DNA from: an uncultured Alphaproteobacteria bacterium
GTDB lineage: Bacteria > Pseudomonadota > Alphaproteobacteria > CAWBKL01
Length of the DNA: 64,000 nucleotides
Direction: 5' to 3'
NCBI GenBank assembly: GCA_963789405.1
Contig: CAWBKL010000005.1
Coordinates: forward strand, 98,088 to 162,087
The notes beneath the pieces were generated by a model. The model did no database searches. It had not been told where the DNA came from and saw only the letters and a program-made list of their open reading frames with translations. The position numbers and the translations under genes are program-made. Of the stretch, positions 39,714 through 53,351 are shown piece by piece (position 1 is the first letter of the stretch; every line of letters starts with the position of its first letter).

Positions 39714-40620
39714 TTAGAGCCAAAGCCCGAGCACGAGCCCGATGAACAAGATCAGCCCCAAATCGCGGTTGGATTTGAAGATCATCAGGCAGTTCTGCGG
39801 ATTGTCGATATCGAGCCAGCGGATCTGCCACAGCAAGTGGATGCCGACAGACAGCAATCCGACATAGGCGAAGAACCCGTCATTGGCACTGATGATCGCG
39901 CCCAGAAAGGCGAGCCATGCGCACGCCATAAAATATGCGCAGCCAGAACTTGGTGCGCTCGGCCAGCTTGATCGCGCGAGTCGATTTCACGCCGATCAGC
40001 GCATCGTCTTCCTTGTCTTGGTGCGCATAGATCGTGTCGTAGCCGATGGTCCAGAAGATGCCGCCGGCATAGAGCCAGAACGCCGGCGCACCGAGCGTGC
40101 CGGTGACGGCCGTCCAGCCGAGCAGCGCGCCCCAATTGAAGGTCAGGCCGAGCCAGATCTGCGGCCAATAGGTGATGCGCTTCATGAACGGATAGGCGGC
40201 GAACAGGCACAGCGCGCCAAGCCCGAGCCGGATCGTCGGTCGCGTTGAAGGCGATGAGCACGAGCAAGGCCGATGCAAGCGCTGAAGCACCATCCACGCG
40301 ATCGCGCGCTCGAACACTGACTTGCCCGAGGGCAATGGGCGGCTCGCGGTGCGCGCGACCTTGGCGTCGATGTCGCGGTCGACAATGTCGTTGTAGGTGC
40401 AGCCTGCGCCGCGCATCACGGCGGCGCCGATCGCGAACAGCGCAATCAGCTGCACGATCGGGAAAATTGCCGTCGCCTCGACCGGCAGCGGCCAGCGCAA
40501 CGCCCCACAAGCAGGGCCATAGCAGCAGCCAGGTGCCGATCGGCCGGTCGGCGCGCGACAGGCGCAAATACGGCCGCACGCCCGCCGGCATATAGCGGTC
40601 GACCCAATTGCCCGCGCCGG
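39714..40620 (-). pseudogene. ubiA: 4-hydroxybenzoate polyprenyltransferase, at least 3 frameshifts
   Basis: UbiA Asp-rich motifs (…[26 protein letters not shown]… and …[25 protein letters not shown]…) occur in the 39880..40665 frame. The N- and C-terminal TM segments lie in the 39785..40591 and 39714..39929 frames. Confidence 0.65.
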
Positions 40621-40702
40621 CGTCGGCGACCTTGTGGGTTCGGGCGCCGTGCTCGACATTGCCACTCCTGGATCTTGCGCGCGTCAGGCCGTATAGCGGA
40701 AT

Positions 40703-41490
40703 GTAGCATGGTGATGACGCGCGCGAAGACCAAGTTCCGGAATTTGCCAGGATCCGCCTGTTCGTGGAGAGCGAGCTTGCAGCGGGCGGCGCGGATTCGC
40801 TCGTCCAAGGATCAGTCGCATTATCTGCGCCACGTCATGCGGCGCAGCGTGCCGGCGAATCCGTGCGCGTGTTCAACGGCAGGGACGGCGAGTGGTCGGC
40901 CGCGGGTAGGCGGCGGCGATCACGATGTCGAGCTTGAGACCCTGATGTGTCTGCGGCGCAAGACCGGGACTGCCGACATAACGCTTGGCATTCGCGCCGA
41001 TCAAGAAGTCGCCGATGGAATATCTGGTCGAGAAGGCAACCGAGCTCGGGCGTCGCGCGCCTGCAGCCGGTGATCACGGAGCGAACGCAGGTGTCGTCGA
41101 ATCTCAATGTCGAGCGCTTGCGTGCCCATGCCGTCGAGGCGGCGGAGCAATCCTGGCGCCTGTCGGTCCCCGAGATCGCCGGGCCGGCGAAGCTCGGTGC
41201 CTTTCTCGATGAATGGGGCAAAAAGATCGCTTCTTTATTGTGACGAGAGGCGGCGCCGGCACGCAGTGCGCGCCTACGTTAGAAGCGCTCCGAAGCGGCG
41301 CGCCATGAACCGGGCCATCGGCGATTCTGATCGGCCCGGAGGGCGGCTTCTCACCACGATGAGCAGGCCCGTCTTGACGCATCGCCGAATGCGCTTGCAG
41401 TGTCGCTCGGCCCGCGAATTGTCAGGGCCGAGACCGCTGCTGTGATGGCCCTCACACTTTGGCAGGCGGTCTTTGGCGATCTCGGGGTCG
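40703..41490 (+). pseudogene. rsmE: 16S rRNA (uracil1498-N3)-methyltransferase RsmE, multiple frameshifts
   Basis: RsmE signature fragments appear in 3-4 frames: …[12 protein letters not shown]…RVFNGRDGEW…, …KKSPMEYLVEKATELG…LQPVITERTQVSSNLNVERLRAHAVEAAEQSWRLSVPEI…, …LIGPEGGFS… and …PRIVRAETAAVMALTLWQAVFGDLG*. Confidence 0.55.
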
Positions 41491-41598
41491 AGTGCGCGAT
41501 TGAGACACTTGTGTGGGGGAAGCGGGTCATCCTATAGCCGAAGCCGCTGGACCCAAAGACCGCGCTCGTTCAAAGAACAGGGGCGGAAGTAGACGCTG

Positions 41599-42963
41599 AT
41601 GTCCGTGCCACAAGAAGGCGGAGCGCCCATCACTTCGCGCGATGATCTCGTGCGTTATCTCGAATCCGGGTGCAAGCCCGAGGCGGATTGGCGCATCGGC
41701 ACCGAGCACGAAAAATTCGGCTTCAACAGAGCGGACAATTCGCCGGTGCCCTATGAGGGCGAGCATGGCATTAGAGCGATGCTCGAAGGCTTTAAAGAGT
41801 TCGGTTGGGAGCCGATCTTGGAGGGCGCGAATATTATCGGGCTCAAGAAAGACGGCGCCGGCGATCAGCCTCGAGCCGGGCGGTCAATTGGAGCTTTCGG
41901 GCGCGCCGCTCGATGAATCTGCATCAAGACCTGCGAAGAGATTCAGACGCATCTCTATCAGACCGAGACGATCGGCAAGCGCCTTGGTCTCGGCTTCTTG
42001 GGTGTCGGTTCCTCGCCCAAATGGAGCCTGGCTGAAACCCCGATGATGCCCAAAGGCCGCTACAAGATCATGCGCGATTACATGCCCAAGCGCGGCGGAC
42101 ATGGGCTCGACATGATGTTCCGTACAACGACGATCCAGGTGAATCTGGATTTCGCCTCGGAAGCCGACATGGTCAAGAAGATGCGCGTCGGCCTCGCGCT
42201 GCAGCCGATCGCAACCGCGCTGTTCGCCTCATCGCCTTTCATGGACGGCAAGCCGACCGGCTTCCTCTCGACGCGCAGCCAGATCTGGAAGGATGTCGAT
42301 CCCGACCGCACCGGCATGCTGCCCTTCGTGTTCGAGGACGGTTTCGGCTTCGAGCGCTGAGGTCGATTATGCGCTCGATGTGCCGATGTATTTCGTCTAT
42401 CGCGACGGCAAATACCGGGATGCTGTCCGGCCGCTCGTTCAAGAAGTTCATCCAAGGCAAGCTCGAAGGCTTCGAGGGCGAGGCGCCGATGATGAGCGAT
42501 TGGGCGGATCATCTGACGACGATCTTTCCCGAGGTGCGGCTGCAAGAAGTTCATCGAGATGCGCGGCGCCGATGGCGGGCCGTGGGCGCGCATATGCGCG
42601 CTGCCCGCTTTTTGGGTCGGGTTGATTTACGATCGGGGTCGCGCTCGATGCGGCTTGGGATTTGGTAAAGAGCTGGACGCGCAAGGAGCGCCAGCAGCTG
42701 CGCGATGATGTGCCCGCGCAGGGCTTTGCCGCAAAGATCCGTGGCCGGAGGTCCTGGATCTCGCCCAGGAAGTCCTGGAGATCTCGCGCGCGGGGCTTGT
42801 CGCGAGGAAACGCGCGGACCGTTCCGACAATGAAGCCTTGTTTCTCGATCCCCTGTTCGAAACGGTCGAGCGCGGCACCACGCATGCCGAAGAGATGCTC
42901 AAGAAATACGACGGCGCATGGAACAAGTCCGTCGAGCTGGTCTTCAAGGAATACGCGTATTAG
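41599..42963 (+). pseudogene. gshA: Glutamate--cysteine ligase (plant/alphaproteobacterial GshA type), at least 4 frameshifts
   Basis: Fragments in three frames: MSVPQEGGAPITSRDDLVRYLESGCKPEADWRIGTEHEKFGF…; …[35 protein letters not shown]…; and …VDYALDVPMYFVYRDGKYRDA… The C-terminus …KYDGAWNKSVELVFKEYAY* ends at 42963. Confidence 0.65.
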
Positions 42964-43127
42964 GACGTATTCGCTTCAGGCCCTTCGCTTTTCCTAGATT
43001 TTTTAACCAGCGAGTGATTTTCGTATTCTCTCCTCTCTCTTCAGGCGAGCCCGCTATGGTGCAGCCTCTATGAGGTGGTGCTTGGAGCGCGCGGGGTCAA
43101 GAGCCGGCCGCCTGCGCGGCCTTTGCC

Positions 43128-44000
43128 TTAGGGCCCGAGATCAAGCACGGGCTGTGCACCTGTGTCAGCAACAAGCGCGACAAGCAGATTATTGACGAGC
43201 CGGCTGCGCTCATCGGCATTGAGCTCGACAATACCGCCTGTCTCGAGCGTCTTGATCGCTTGCTCGACAATATCGACCGCATTGGCGGTGATGATCCGGC
43301 GCGCGCGCACGACGGCTTCGGCCTGTTGCTTGCGCAGCATCGCAACCGCAATCTCCGGCGCATAGGCAAGGTGTGAAAGCCGCGCTTCCAGCACTTCGAC
43401 GCCGGCGATCTCCAGGCGCTGCGCCAGCTCGTTCTGCAAATCGTTTGAGATCTGCTCGGGCGAGCCACGCAATGACTCCTCGCCTTCTTCGGAGTCGTAA
43501 GGGAAGCGGCTGGCAAGCGAGCGCACCGCAGTCTCGCCCTGAACCGAAACGAAATCCCGATAGTCAGTCACATTCAGCACCGCACGCGCCGAATCCTTGA
43601 CCCGCCAGACGATCACCGCGGCGATCTCGATCGGGTTGCCGGTTTTATCGTTCACCTTCGTCGTATTGGTATTGAAATTGACAACGCGGCGTGAGACGCG
43701 CTGGCGCGAGGTGAACGGAATGATCCAGTAGAAACCGGTCGAATTGACAGTGCCGAGATAGGAGCCGGCGAACAACAGCACGAGCGATTTATTCGGCCGG
43801 ATGATGACGAAGCCCGGCACGATGAAAATGAAGAAGAAGATCCCGGCGAGAATCACCAGCGGCGGAAATTGGAAATAGAGATCGATGGCAGCCCGGTAAT
43901 TGATCAGTCCCCAGATCGCGGCCGCGATAATAACGCCTAGGATAAGGAAACCAGAAATCGAGGGCGTCCAACGATCTTGGATATCGCGCGTCTTGGCCAT
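43128..44000 (-). CDS. SPFH/band-7 (stomatin-like) membrane protein
   Basis: About 290 aa product with an N-terminal TM helix (…ISGFLILGVIIAAAIWGLINY…) and SPFH core (…NPIEIAAVIVWRVKDSARAVLNVTDY…). Confidence 0.65.
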   Translation of the reverse strand: MAKTRDIQDRWTPSISGFLILGVIIAAAIWGLINYRAAIDLYFQFPPLVILAGIFFFIFIVPGFVIIRPNKSLVLLFAGSYLGTVNSTGFYWIIPFTSRQRVSRRVVNFNTNTTKVNDKTGNPIEIAAVIVWRVKDSARAVLNVTDYRDFVSVQGETAVRSLASRFPYDSEEGEESLRGSPEQISNDLQNELAQRLEIAGVEVLEARLSHLAYAPEIAVAMLRKQQAEAVVRARRIITANAVDIVEQAIKTLETGGIVELNADERSRLVNNLLVALVADTGAQPVLDLGP

Positions 44001-44118
44001 ATTTGCCTCCCACCCCACACTTCAGAGATAAGCGCATGACTGCTAGGTCTCAACCCCTTGAAACCTACCTTGCCGGCGACTAGCAAGGCAGCCCGATTTC
44101 GCGACTGTAACACGGCAA

Positions 44119-44662
44119 ATGCAACGGATCGTCATCATCGGCTGTTCGGGCTCAGGGAAGTCGACGCTCGCGCGCGAGCTAGGGCGGCGCCTGGACTTGC
44201 CCGTCACACATCTGGATGCACTGTTTTGGCAGCCCGGCTGGAAGGAGCATCCCGACAAGGCTGCGTTTCAGGCGCGAATCCGCGCGATTGCGAGCGGCGA
44301 GCGCTGGATCATCGATGGCGGCTACGCTAAAGGCAGCCGAGCTGCGGCTCTCCCGCGCCGACACCGTTGTGCTCTTCGACTTGCCGACCTGGCTGTGCCT
44401 GTGGCGGATCATCCGGCGTGGGCTGACGCTGCTTGGTAGGACGCGTCCTGACATGGCGCCGGGCTGTGTGGAGAAGCTGCCGGATCTTGAGTTCCTCGAT
44501 TATGTGCGCACCTATCGCAAGTCCAGGATCCCCCGGCGCGAAGCCGAGATTGCGCAGCATTTCAGCGGTGAATTGATCCGCCTGCGCACACCACGGGAGG
44601 TTGATGATTTCATCGCTTCTTTGCCCGATCCGCGACAGGCAGGTGCTAAGGTGGCGCTATGA
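44119..44662 (+). pseudogene. P-loop NTPase (adenylate-kinase-like / topology modulation FlaR-like), 1 frameshift near 44330
   Basis: The Walker A motif MQRIVIIGCSGSGKSTLAREL is in one frame. The C-terminal two-thirds (…VVLFDLPTWLCLWRIIRR…) is in the 44216..44662 frame. Confidence 0.5.
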
Positions 44663-45336
44663 GAACCTTTAAGGAGATCTACGCAATCGCGGCGAAGCGC
44701 CATGGCGGGCCGAAGGCGCTTGAAAAAGCACTTGGAGAGCACAAGCCCAAGTCGCGTGCATCGCTCGCGAAGATCGCAGACGACCGCTGGCTTGCGATGA
44801 TGACCAGATGCGTGTTTCAGGCTGGCTTCTCCTGGAGGGTCATCGAGAACAAATGGCCCGGCTTTGAAGCGGCGTTCGATGCGTTTGATGTCAAGCGCTG
44901 CGCGATGATGAGCGAGAAGAAGATCGACGCGCTTTTGAAGGACACGCGCATTGTGCGCAATGCGCGCAAGATCATGTCGGTGCCGAAGAATGCCCAGCTT
45001 CTCGTTGAGCTGGCAAAGGAGCACGGCAGTGCCGCAAAGTTCTTCGCGGCTTGGCCGGATGAGGATTATGTCGGCCTGCTCGATTTTTTGAAGAAGCGCG
45101 CGAGCGGGCTTGGCGGCGGCTCGGCGATGTTCTTCTTGCGCCGCATGGGCAAGCCGAGCTTCATGGTGTCACGCGACGTGGTCGCGCGATTGATTGAGGA
45201 AGATGTGGTTGATAAGGAGCCGTCCGGCAAGGCGGCGATGAACAAGGTGCAAGCAGCGTTCAATAAATGGGCCGAGCAATCGGGGCGCGATCTAACCGCG
45301 ATCAGCCGCACGCTCGCCATGAGCACCGGCAGCTAG
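44659..45336 (+). CDS. tag: DNA-3-methyladenine glycosylase I (Tag) family protein
   Basis: 225 aa product. The core …CVFQAGFSWRVIENKWPGFEAAFDAFDVKRCAMMSEKKIDALLKDTRIVRNARKI… matches the Tag family HhH fold. An N-terminal Zn motif is not evident. Confidence 0.55.
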   Translation: MRTFKEIYAIAAKRHGGPKALEKALGEHKPKSRASLAKIADDRWLAMMTRCVFQAGFSWRVIENKWPGFEAAFDAFDVKRCAMMSEKKIDALLKDTRIVRNARKIMSVPKNAQLLVELAKEHGSAAKFFAAWPDEDYVGLLDFLKKRASGLGGGSAMFFLRRMGKPSFMVSRDVVARLIEEDVVDKEPSGKAAMNKVQAAFNKWAEQSGRDLTAISRTLAMSTGS

Positions 45337-45346
45337 GGAGAAGTCC

Positions 45347-46525
45347 ATGTTTCCACATGCATCAACGGCGCTCAATCGATTTACCGTGCTTGATCTCACG
45401 CGCGTGCGCTCAGGGCCGACATGCGTGCGCCAGCTCGCCGATTGGGGCGCGAACGTCATCAAGGTCGAGATGCCGGAGCATTTGATCGAAGGCGAGCCGA
45501 TGGGCGGTGCGCGCGACAATTCCGACTTTGAGAATTTACATCGGGGCAAGCGCAGCCTGACGCTCGATTTGAAGTCGCCGCAGGGTGTCGAAGTGCTCAA
45601 GCGCCTCGCCGCCAAAGCAGATGTGGTGGTCGAGAATTTCCGTCCCGATGTGAAGATGCGCCTGGGCATCGACTATGCGGCGCTGTCCGCGGTCAATCCG
45701 CGCCTCGTCTATGCCAGCATTTCCGGCTTTGGCCAGACCGGGCCATATGCCGCGCGCCCGGGCTTCGATCAGATCGCGCAAGGCATGGGCGGGCTCATGT
45801 CGATCACGGGATTGCCGGGGCAGGGGCCGGTGCGCGTCGGCATTCCGGTTGCGGATTTAACGGCCGGCCTCTTCTGCGCGCTCGGCATCATGGTCGCGCT
45901 CTTGGAGCGCGAGAGCTCCGGCAAAGGTCAGATGGTCGACACTTCGCTCCTGCAAGCGCAGATCTTCATGCTCGATTTTCAGGCCTCGCGCTATCTTGTC
46001 AAAGGCGAGGTGCCCGGCCAGGCCGGCAACAATCACCCGACGAGCGTGCCTACGGGCGTCTTCAAGACCAAAGATGGTCATATCAATATCGCCAGCGCCG
46101 GCCAAATCATGTGGGAGCGCTTATGCAAGACGCTCGATAGGGCCGACCTTGCGGCACGCACGGAATATGCGACCAGCGAATTGCGGCTTCAAAATCGCGA
46201 TGCGCTCAATGGAGAGCTGGAAGAGATAACGAAGACACGCCCGAGCGCCGAGTGGGTTGAGCTGTTGAATGCTGCCAGTGTGCCTTGCGGGCCGATTTAT
46301 GCGATGGATGAGGTCTTTGCCGATCCGCAGGTCAAGCACTTGCATGCAGCCGAGAGCGTGACTTTGCAGAACGGCAAGCCGATCGATTTGCTCGCGCAGC
46401 CATTTTCGCTTTCACGCACGCCCAGCCACCTCGCCGCGCCTCCGCCGGCGCTTGGCGAGCATACCGACCAAGTGTTAAGCGAGTTTGGCTTCAGCGATAC
46501 TGAGATCGCCCAGCTACGTGAATAA
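45347..46525 (+). CDS. CoA transferase family III (CaiB/BaiF)
   Basis: 392 aa product (…FTVLDLTRVRSGPTCVRQLADWGANVIKVE… N-terminal signature of CaiB/BaiF-type CoA transferases). Confidence 0.75.
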   Translation: MFPHASTALNRFTVLDLTRVRSGPTCVRQLADWGANVIKVEMPEHLIEGEPMGGARDNSDFENLHRGKRSLTLDLKSPQGVEVLKRLAAKADVVVENFRPDVKMRLGIDYAALSAVNPRLVYASISGFGQTGPYAARPGFDQIAQGMGGLMSITGLPGQGPVRVGIPVADLTAGLFCALGIMVALLERESSGKGQMVDTSLLQAQIFMLDFQASRYLVKGEVPGQAGNNHPTSVPTGVFKTKDGHINIASAGQIMWERLCKTLDRADLAARTEYATSELRLQNRDALNGELEEITKTRPSAEWVELLNAASVPCGPIYAMDEVFADPQVKHLHAAESVTLQNGKPIDLLAQPFSLSRTPSHLAAPPPALGEHTDQVLSEFGFSDTEIAQLRE

Positions 46526-46557
46526 CAAGGTTGTTTGAGCGATCGGGGACGGAAAAG

Positions 46558-47331
46558 ATGCTGTCCAAGAAGGACGGCGCGCTCGGCTGGATGATTTTCA
46601 ACAACCCCGAGAAGCGCAATGCCGTCTCGCTCGATATGTGGGCGCGCGCTGCCGAGATTTTGGATGAGTTCCGCAGTGACCCGAATGTGCGTGTCGTTCT
46701 GCTCAGGGGCGCGGGCGGCAAGGCATTCGTTTCGGGCGCCGATATCTCGCGCTTTGAAAACGAGCGCGCCAATGAAGAGGCCGCCGCGCGCTATGGCGAA
46801 ACTGTCGAGCGCGCCTGCCAGACGCTTTACGACTATCCCAAGCCGACAATTGCGATGATCGAAGGCTATTGCATCGGCGGCGGTGTCGGGCTCGCCGTGT
46901 GTTGCGATATGCGGATTTGCTCGCAGGGCTCGCGCTTCGGCATTCCGGCCGCGCGCCTAGGGCTCGGTTATGGCTATGTCGGCGTGAAGCGGCTGGTCGA
47001 TCTCGTTGGTCCCTCATTCGCCAAAGAGATTTTCTTGACCGCGCGTCAGTTCACCGCTGGAGAGGCGTACGCGATGGGGCTCGTCAACCGCGTGGTGCCG
47101 GACGCCGAGCTTGAAGAGTTTGCCAAAAGCTATGCGGCAGCGATTGCCGAGAACGCGCCACTCACCATGCAAGGCGCCAAGGTGGCGGTTGGTGAAGTGC
47201 TGAAGGACGCCAAAGATCGCAACATCGCTGCGGTCGATGAGATCGTGAAAAAGTGCTTCGCCAGCGCCGACTACAAGGAAGGCCGCACCGCCTTCCTGGA
47301 GAAGCGTAAACCTCTCTTTCGCTGGATGTGA
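46558..47331 (+). CDS. Enoyl-CoA hydratase/isomerase (crotonase) family protein
   Basis: The crotonase fold is shown by …RNAVSLDMWARAAEILDEF…VVLLRGAGGKAFVSGADISRF…. Confidence 0.75.
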   Translation: MLSKKDGALGWMIFNNPEKRNAVSLDMWARAAEILDEFRSDPNVRVVLLRGAGGKAFVSGADISRFENERANEEAAARYGETVERACQTLYDYPKPTIAMIEGYCIGGGVGLAVCCDMRICSQGSRFGIPAARLGLGYGYVGVKRLVDLVGPSFAKEIFLTARQFTAGEAYAMGLVNRVVPDAELEEFAKSYAAAIAENAPLTMQGAKVAVGEVLKDAKDRNIAAVDEIVKKCFASADYKEGRTAFLEKRKPLFRWM

Positions 47332-47343
47332 CAGACCCGCTTT

Positions 47344-48772
47344 TTAAGCTGCGGTGCCGCCGACAGTGATGCCGTCAACGCGCATGGTCGGTTGGCCAAT
47401 GCCGACCGGCACGCCCTGGCCGCCCTTGCCGCATGTGCCGATGCCGGGATCGAGCTTCATGTCGTTGCCGAGCATCTTAACGCGCGTGAGCACATCCGGC
47501 CCGTTGCCGATCAAAGAGGCGCCCTTGATCGGCGCGCCGATCTTGCCGTTCTCGATCATGTAGGCCTCGGTGCAATTGAACACGAACTTGCCGCTCGTGA
47601 TGTCGACCTGGCCGCCGCCGAACGAGACGGCGTAGATTCCTCTGTTCACGGATGAAATGATCTCGGCCGGGTCCTTGTCGCCGGCCAGCGCATAGGTGTT
47701 GGTCATGCGCGGCAGCGGCATATGGGAGTGGCTTTCGCGCCGGCCATTGCCGGTGGGCTTCTTGCCCATGAGGCGCGCATTCAGCCGGTCTTGCATGAAG
47801 CCGACGAGAATGCCGTCCTCGATGAGCACATTGCGCTGCGAGGGCGTGCCTTCATCATCGACGGTGAGTGAGCCGCGCCGGTCGGGCAGGGTGCCGTCGT
47901 CGACAATGGTCACGCCCGGCGCCGCAACGCGCTGGCCCATGAGGCCCGCGAACGCCGACGTCTTCTTGCGGTTGAAATCGCCCTCAAGCCCGTGGCCCAC
48001 CGCCTCATGCAGCAGCACGCCGGGCCAGCCTGGGCCGACAACCACATTCATCTCGCCCGCTGGCGCCGGGACCGACTTCAGATTGACAAGCGCCTGGCGC
48101 AGCGCCTCATCCACCGCCATCTCCCAGTTCTCGGGCGTCAGGTACTGGTCGTAGAGAACGCGCCCGCCCATGCCATAGCTGCCGGATTCCTGCCGGTCGC
48201 CCTCGCCGACGACGATCGAGACATTGAGCCGGACCAGCGGCCTGATATCCCGCCGGATCTCGCCGCCCGGGCGGACGATCTCCACAGCCTGCCAGGAGCC
48301 CGATAGCGAACACGAGACTTGGCGCACCCGCGGGTCCTTGGCGCGGGCATAGGCGTTCATATCCTCAAGCAGCTTGACCTTGGCCGCGAAGGCAACGCCA
48401 TTCAGTGGGTTGTCGTCGATATAGAGCTTGGCGTTGGTGCGCGGCGGCGGCTCGGCAAAACGCCATTGTGGCCGCTCTTGCACAGCCTTGATCGTCGGCT
48501 GCAGCCCGCTTGATCGCGTCTTCTGAAAGCTCCGAGGAGTGGGCGAAGCCGGTCGCCTCCCCGGCAACCGATCGGAGGCCGAAGCCCTGAGTGGTATCGA
48601 AGCTGGCGGCCCTCAGCCGCCCATCGTCGAAGGCGAAGGTCTCGGATTGCCTGTACTCCAGGTAGAGCTCGCCATCATCGCCGCCCCCGACCGCATCATC
48701 CACCAGCCCCTCGACGCGCTTTCTGTCGAGCCCGGCACGATTGAAAAAGATTTCATCGGTCGAAAAGGTCAT
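47344..48772 (-). pseudogene. tldD: Metalloprotease TldD, 1 frameshift near 48500
   Basis: The N-terminal about 130 aa are in the 48365..48772 frame (MTFSTDEIFFNRAGLDRKRVEGLVDDAV…GELYLEYRQSE…). The remainder is in the 47344..48567 frame (…HEAVGHGLEGDFNRKKTSAFAG… HExxH-like TldD core). Confidence 0.65.
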
Positions 48773-49060
48773 GGCGCTTCCTCGGAAATGGCCGCCGACG
48801 GTTGGGGATGTTGGCTTTGCTCAATCTAGCGGACGCAGGGCAAAGGTCAAAAATTGCAGTGTCATGGCCGCGTTACGCCCGCCTTAAGGCGCGCTGCCGG
48901 ACCGCCGCGAAGGGTGCTGCCCGGTGGGCCGCAATGGGCAGGCGAGCCTGTTGGTCGCAGGGGTTAACCGCTTGCGGCCTCTTTTGATTTGTGGTGAGAC
49001 ACGGTTCCAATACCAATAGGGCCCCTGGCCCCGGCTCACCCAAAGCAACAGACCGAAGAG

Positions 49061-51581
<2,521 letters not shown>

Positions 51582-51663
51582 TGATGGCAAGCGATCGGGC
51601 CACATGCTTTGCCTTCCCCTTGCGGGGAGGTTGGTCCGCCGAGGGCTGATCGAGGTCGGCACA

Positions 51664-52578
51664 ATGAGCGTCACTGAGATCAAACAAGTTCCAAACACCG
51701 CCTCGCTGGGCGATTACATCGCCTTGCTCAAGCCGCGAGTGATGTCGCTTGTCATCTTCACGGCGCTGGCCGGCATGATCGTTGCGCCGGGCATGCATGA
51801 TCCGGTTTTGCTTATTGCCTCCCTCATCGCAATTGGCGTTGGCGCCGGCGCTTCGGGCGCGCTCAATATGTGGTACGACGCCGATATCGACCGGTTGATG
51901 AGCCGCACCGTCTCGCGTCCGATCCCCGCGGGGCGCGTCGGTGCGCCAGGAAGCTGCTGCGCTTGGCTTCGTGCTGTCGCTGTTCTCGGTTTTGGCGCTC
52001 GGGCTCGCCTCGAACTATCTCGCCGCCGGGCTGCTCGCATTCACGATCTTCTTTTATGCCGTCGTCTATACGATCTGGCTGAAGCGCTCGACGGCGCAGA
52101 ACATCGTGATCGGCGGTGCTGCCGGCGCGCTGCCGCCGGTGATTGGCTGGGCGGCAGTCACAGGCCATGTTCCGCTCGCCGCGTGGTCGCTATTTCTCGT
52201 TATCTTCCTTTGGACGCCGCCGCATTTCTGGGCGCTCGCGCTGTGCCGCAGCGCCGATTATGAGCGCGCCGCGTGCCGATGATGCCCAATGTTCGCGGTG
52301 ACCGCTCAACGCGCCGGCAGATCTTCGCTTACGCCGTGCTCCTCGTGCTCTCGACCGCGCTGCCGCCCTTGCTTGGCGTCGGCGGCATTGGCTATGCGCT
52401 CGTCGCGGCGGCGGGCGGTATGACGTTTGTCGTCTTCGCCTGGCGCTTGCTGAAGGCATGCGCCTGCACAGCTTCGTGAGCGTGCCATGCGCCTGTTCAC
52501 AGCGTCGATCTTTTATCTCTTCCTCCTGTTTGCAGCGCTGCTGATAGAGCGGCTGGCTGGCATGGCGCCGCTTGCATA
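51664..52578 (+). pseudogene. ctaB: Protoheme IX farnesyltransferase (heme O synthase), at least 2 frameshifts
   Basis: [10 protein letters not shown]…[17 protein letters not shown]… is in frame 1. …[20 protein letters not shown]…[11 protein letters not shown]… is in frame 2. The C-terminus …MRLFTASIFYLFLLFAALL…* is in a third frame. Confidence 0.65.
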
Positions 52579-52579
52579 A

Positions 52580-52787
52580 ATGTCTGAGGACGAATTCAGA
52601 GCCCACGCCGCTGACCGAGGCGCAAGTCACAAAGCGCCGCCGCGGCAACCTCGTGATCGCGGTTGCGCTATTTGCTTTCGTTGCCTGGTCTTCGTCGATC
52701 ACGATCGTGCGGCTCGGGGGGCACGTCTTTGACCAGCCCGGGTTGCTCATCCAGCCAAGCATAACGCCCAAATCGCCACCTATCTGA
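52580..52787 (+). CDS. Small membrane protein in the cox cluster (CoxF-like), possibly frameshifted
   Basis: Starts 1 nt after the ctaB stop. One hydrophobic helix (…NLVIAVALFAFVAWSSSITIVRLGG…). The small size and the frame ambiguity make this tentative. Confidence 0.3.
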
Positions 52788-52797
52788 TCTGGACCGA

Positions 52798-53288
52798 TTG
52801 CCGCGATGGTGGCTGATCACTTTCGCTGCCGTGCCGCTCTATAGGCTTTATGTCAAAGCCACCGGCTATGGCGGGATCGGCCGATCCGCTGCCGCGATGC
52901 CGGGCGCGGTCTTGAAGCGCAAGGTGACGTTGGAATTCGATTCGAACACATCGCCCGATCTGCCTTGGACCTTCAAGCCGGTTCAGGGCGCCGAGACCAT
53001 ACGCATCGGCGAGGTCGGGCGGGCGCGCTTTCATGTGCAAAACAACGCCAAGACGCCACTCACCGCGGTCGCCAGTTTCAATATTCTTCCCTTTGCCGCC
53101 GCGGCCTATATTTCGAACCACCAAATGCTTTTGCTTTACCGAGCAAACCTTGGCCGCCCGGCGAGGCCAAGGATTTCCCGGTCTCCTACTTCGTTGATCT
53201 GGCGTTCGCCAAGGACAGGCAGCTGAGTGGGGTTAAGACCCTGACGCTCTCCTATACCTTCTTTCCGCCGCGACGATCTGGTGGTTGA
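52798..53288 (+). pseudogene. ctaG: Cytochrome c oxidase assembly protein CtaG/Cox11, at least 1 frameshift near 53100
   Basis: The N-terminal TM plus …FDSNTSPDLPWTFKPVQ… are in frame A. The Cox11 C-terminus …PGEAKDFPVSYFVDLAFAKDRQLSGVKTLTLSYTFF… is in frame B. The copper-binding CFCF region is scrambled by indels. Confidence 0.55.
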
Positions 53289-53351
53289 CAAGTGAAAGCT
53301 GCGGGCGCGATGGTCGCCCGCGCGAGCTAAATCCCGTGGGAGAACAAGGCG

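Noticed and set aside
44119-44662. SPFH gene (43128-44000) plus adjacent P-loop NTPase as a two-gene defence or stress module
   Set aside because: The NTPase looks like a housekeeping adenylate-kinase/FlaR-like protein, and the genes are divergent with separate promoters. There is no evidence of functional linkage.
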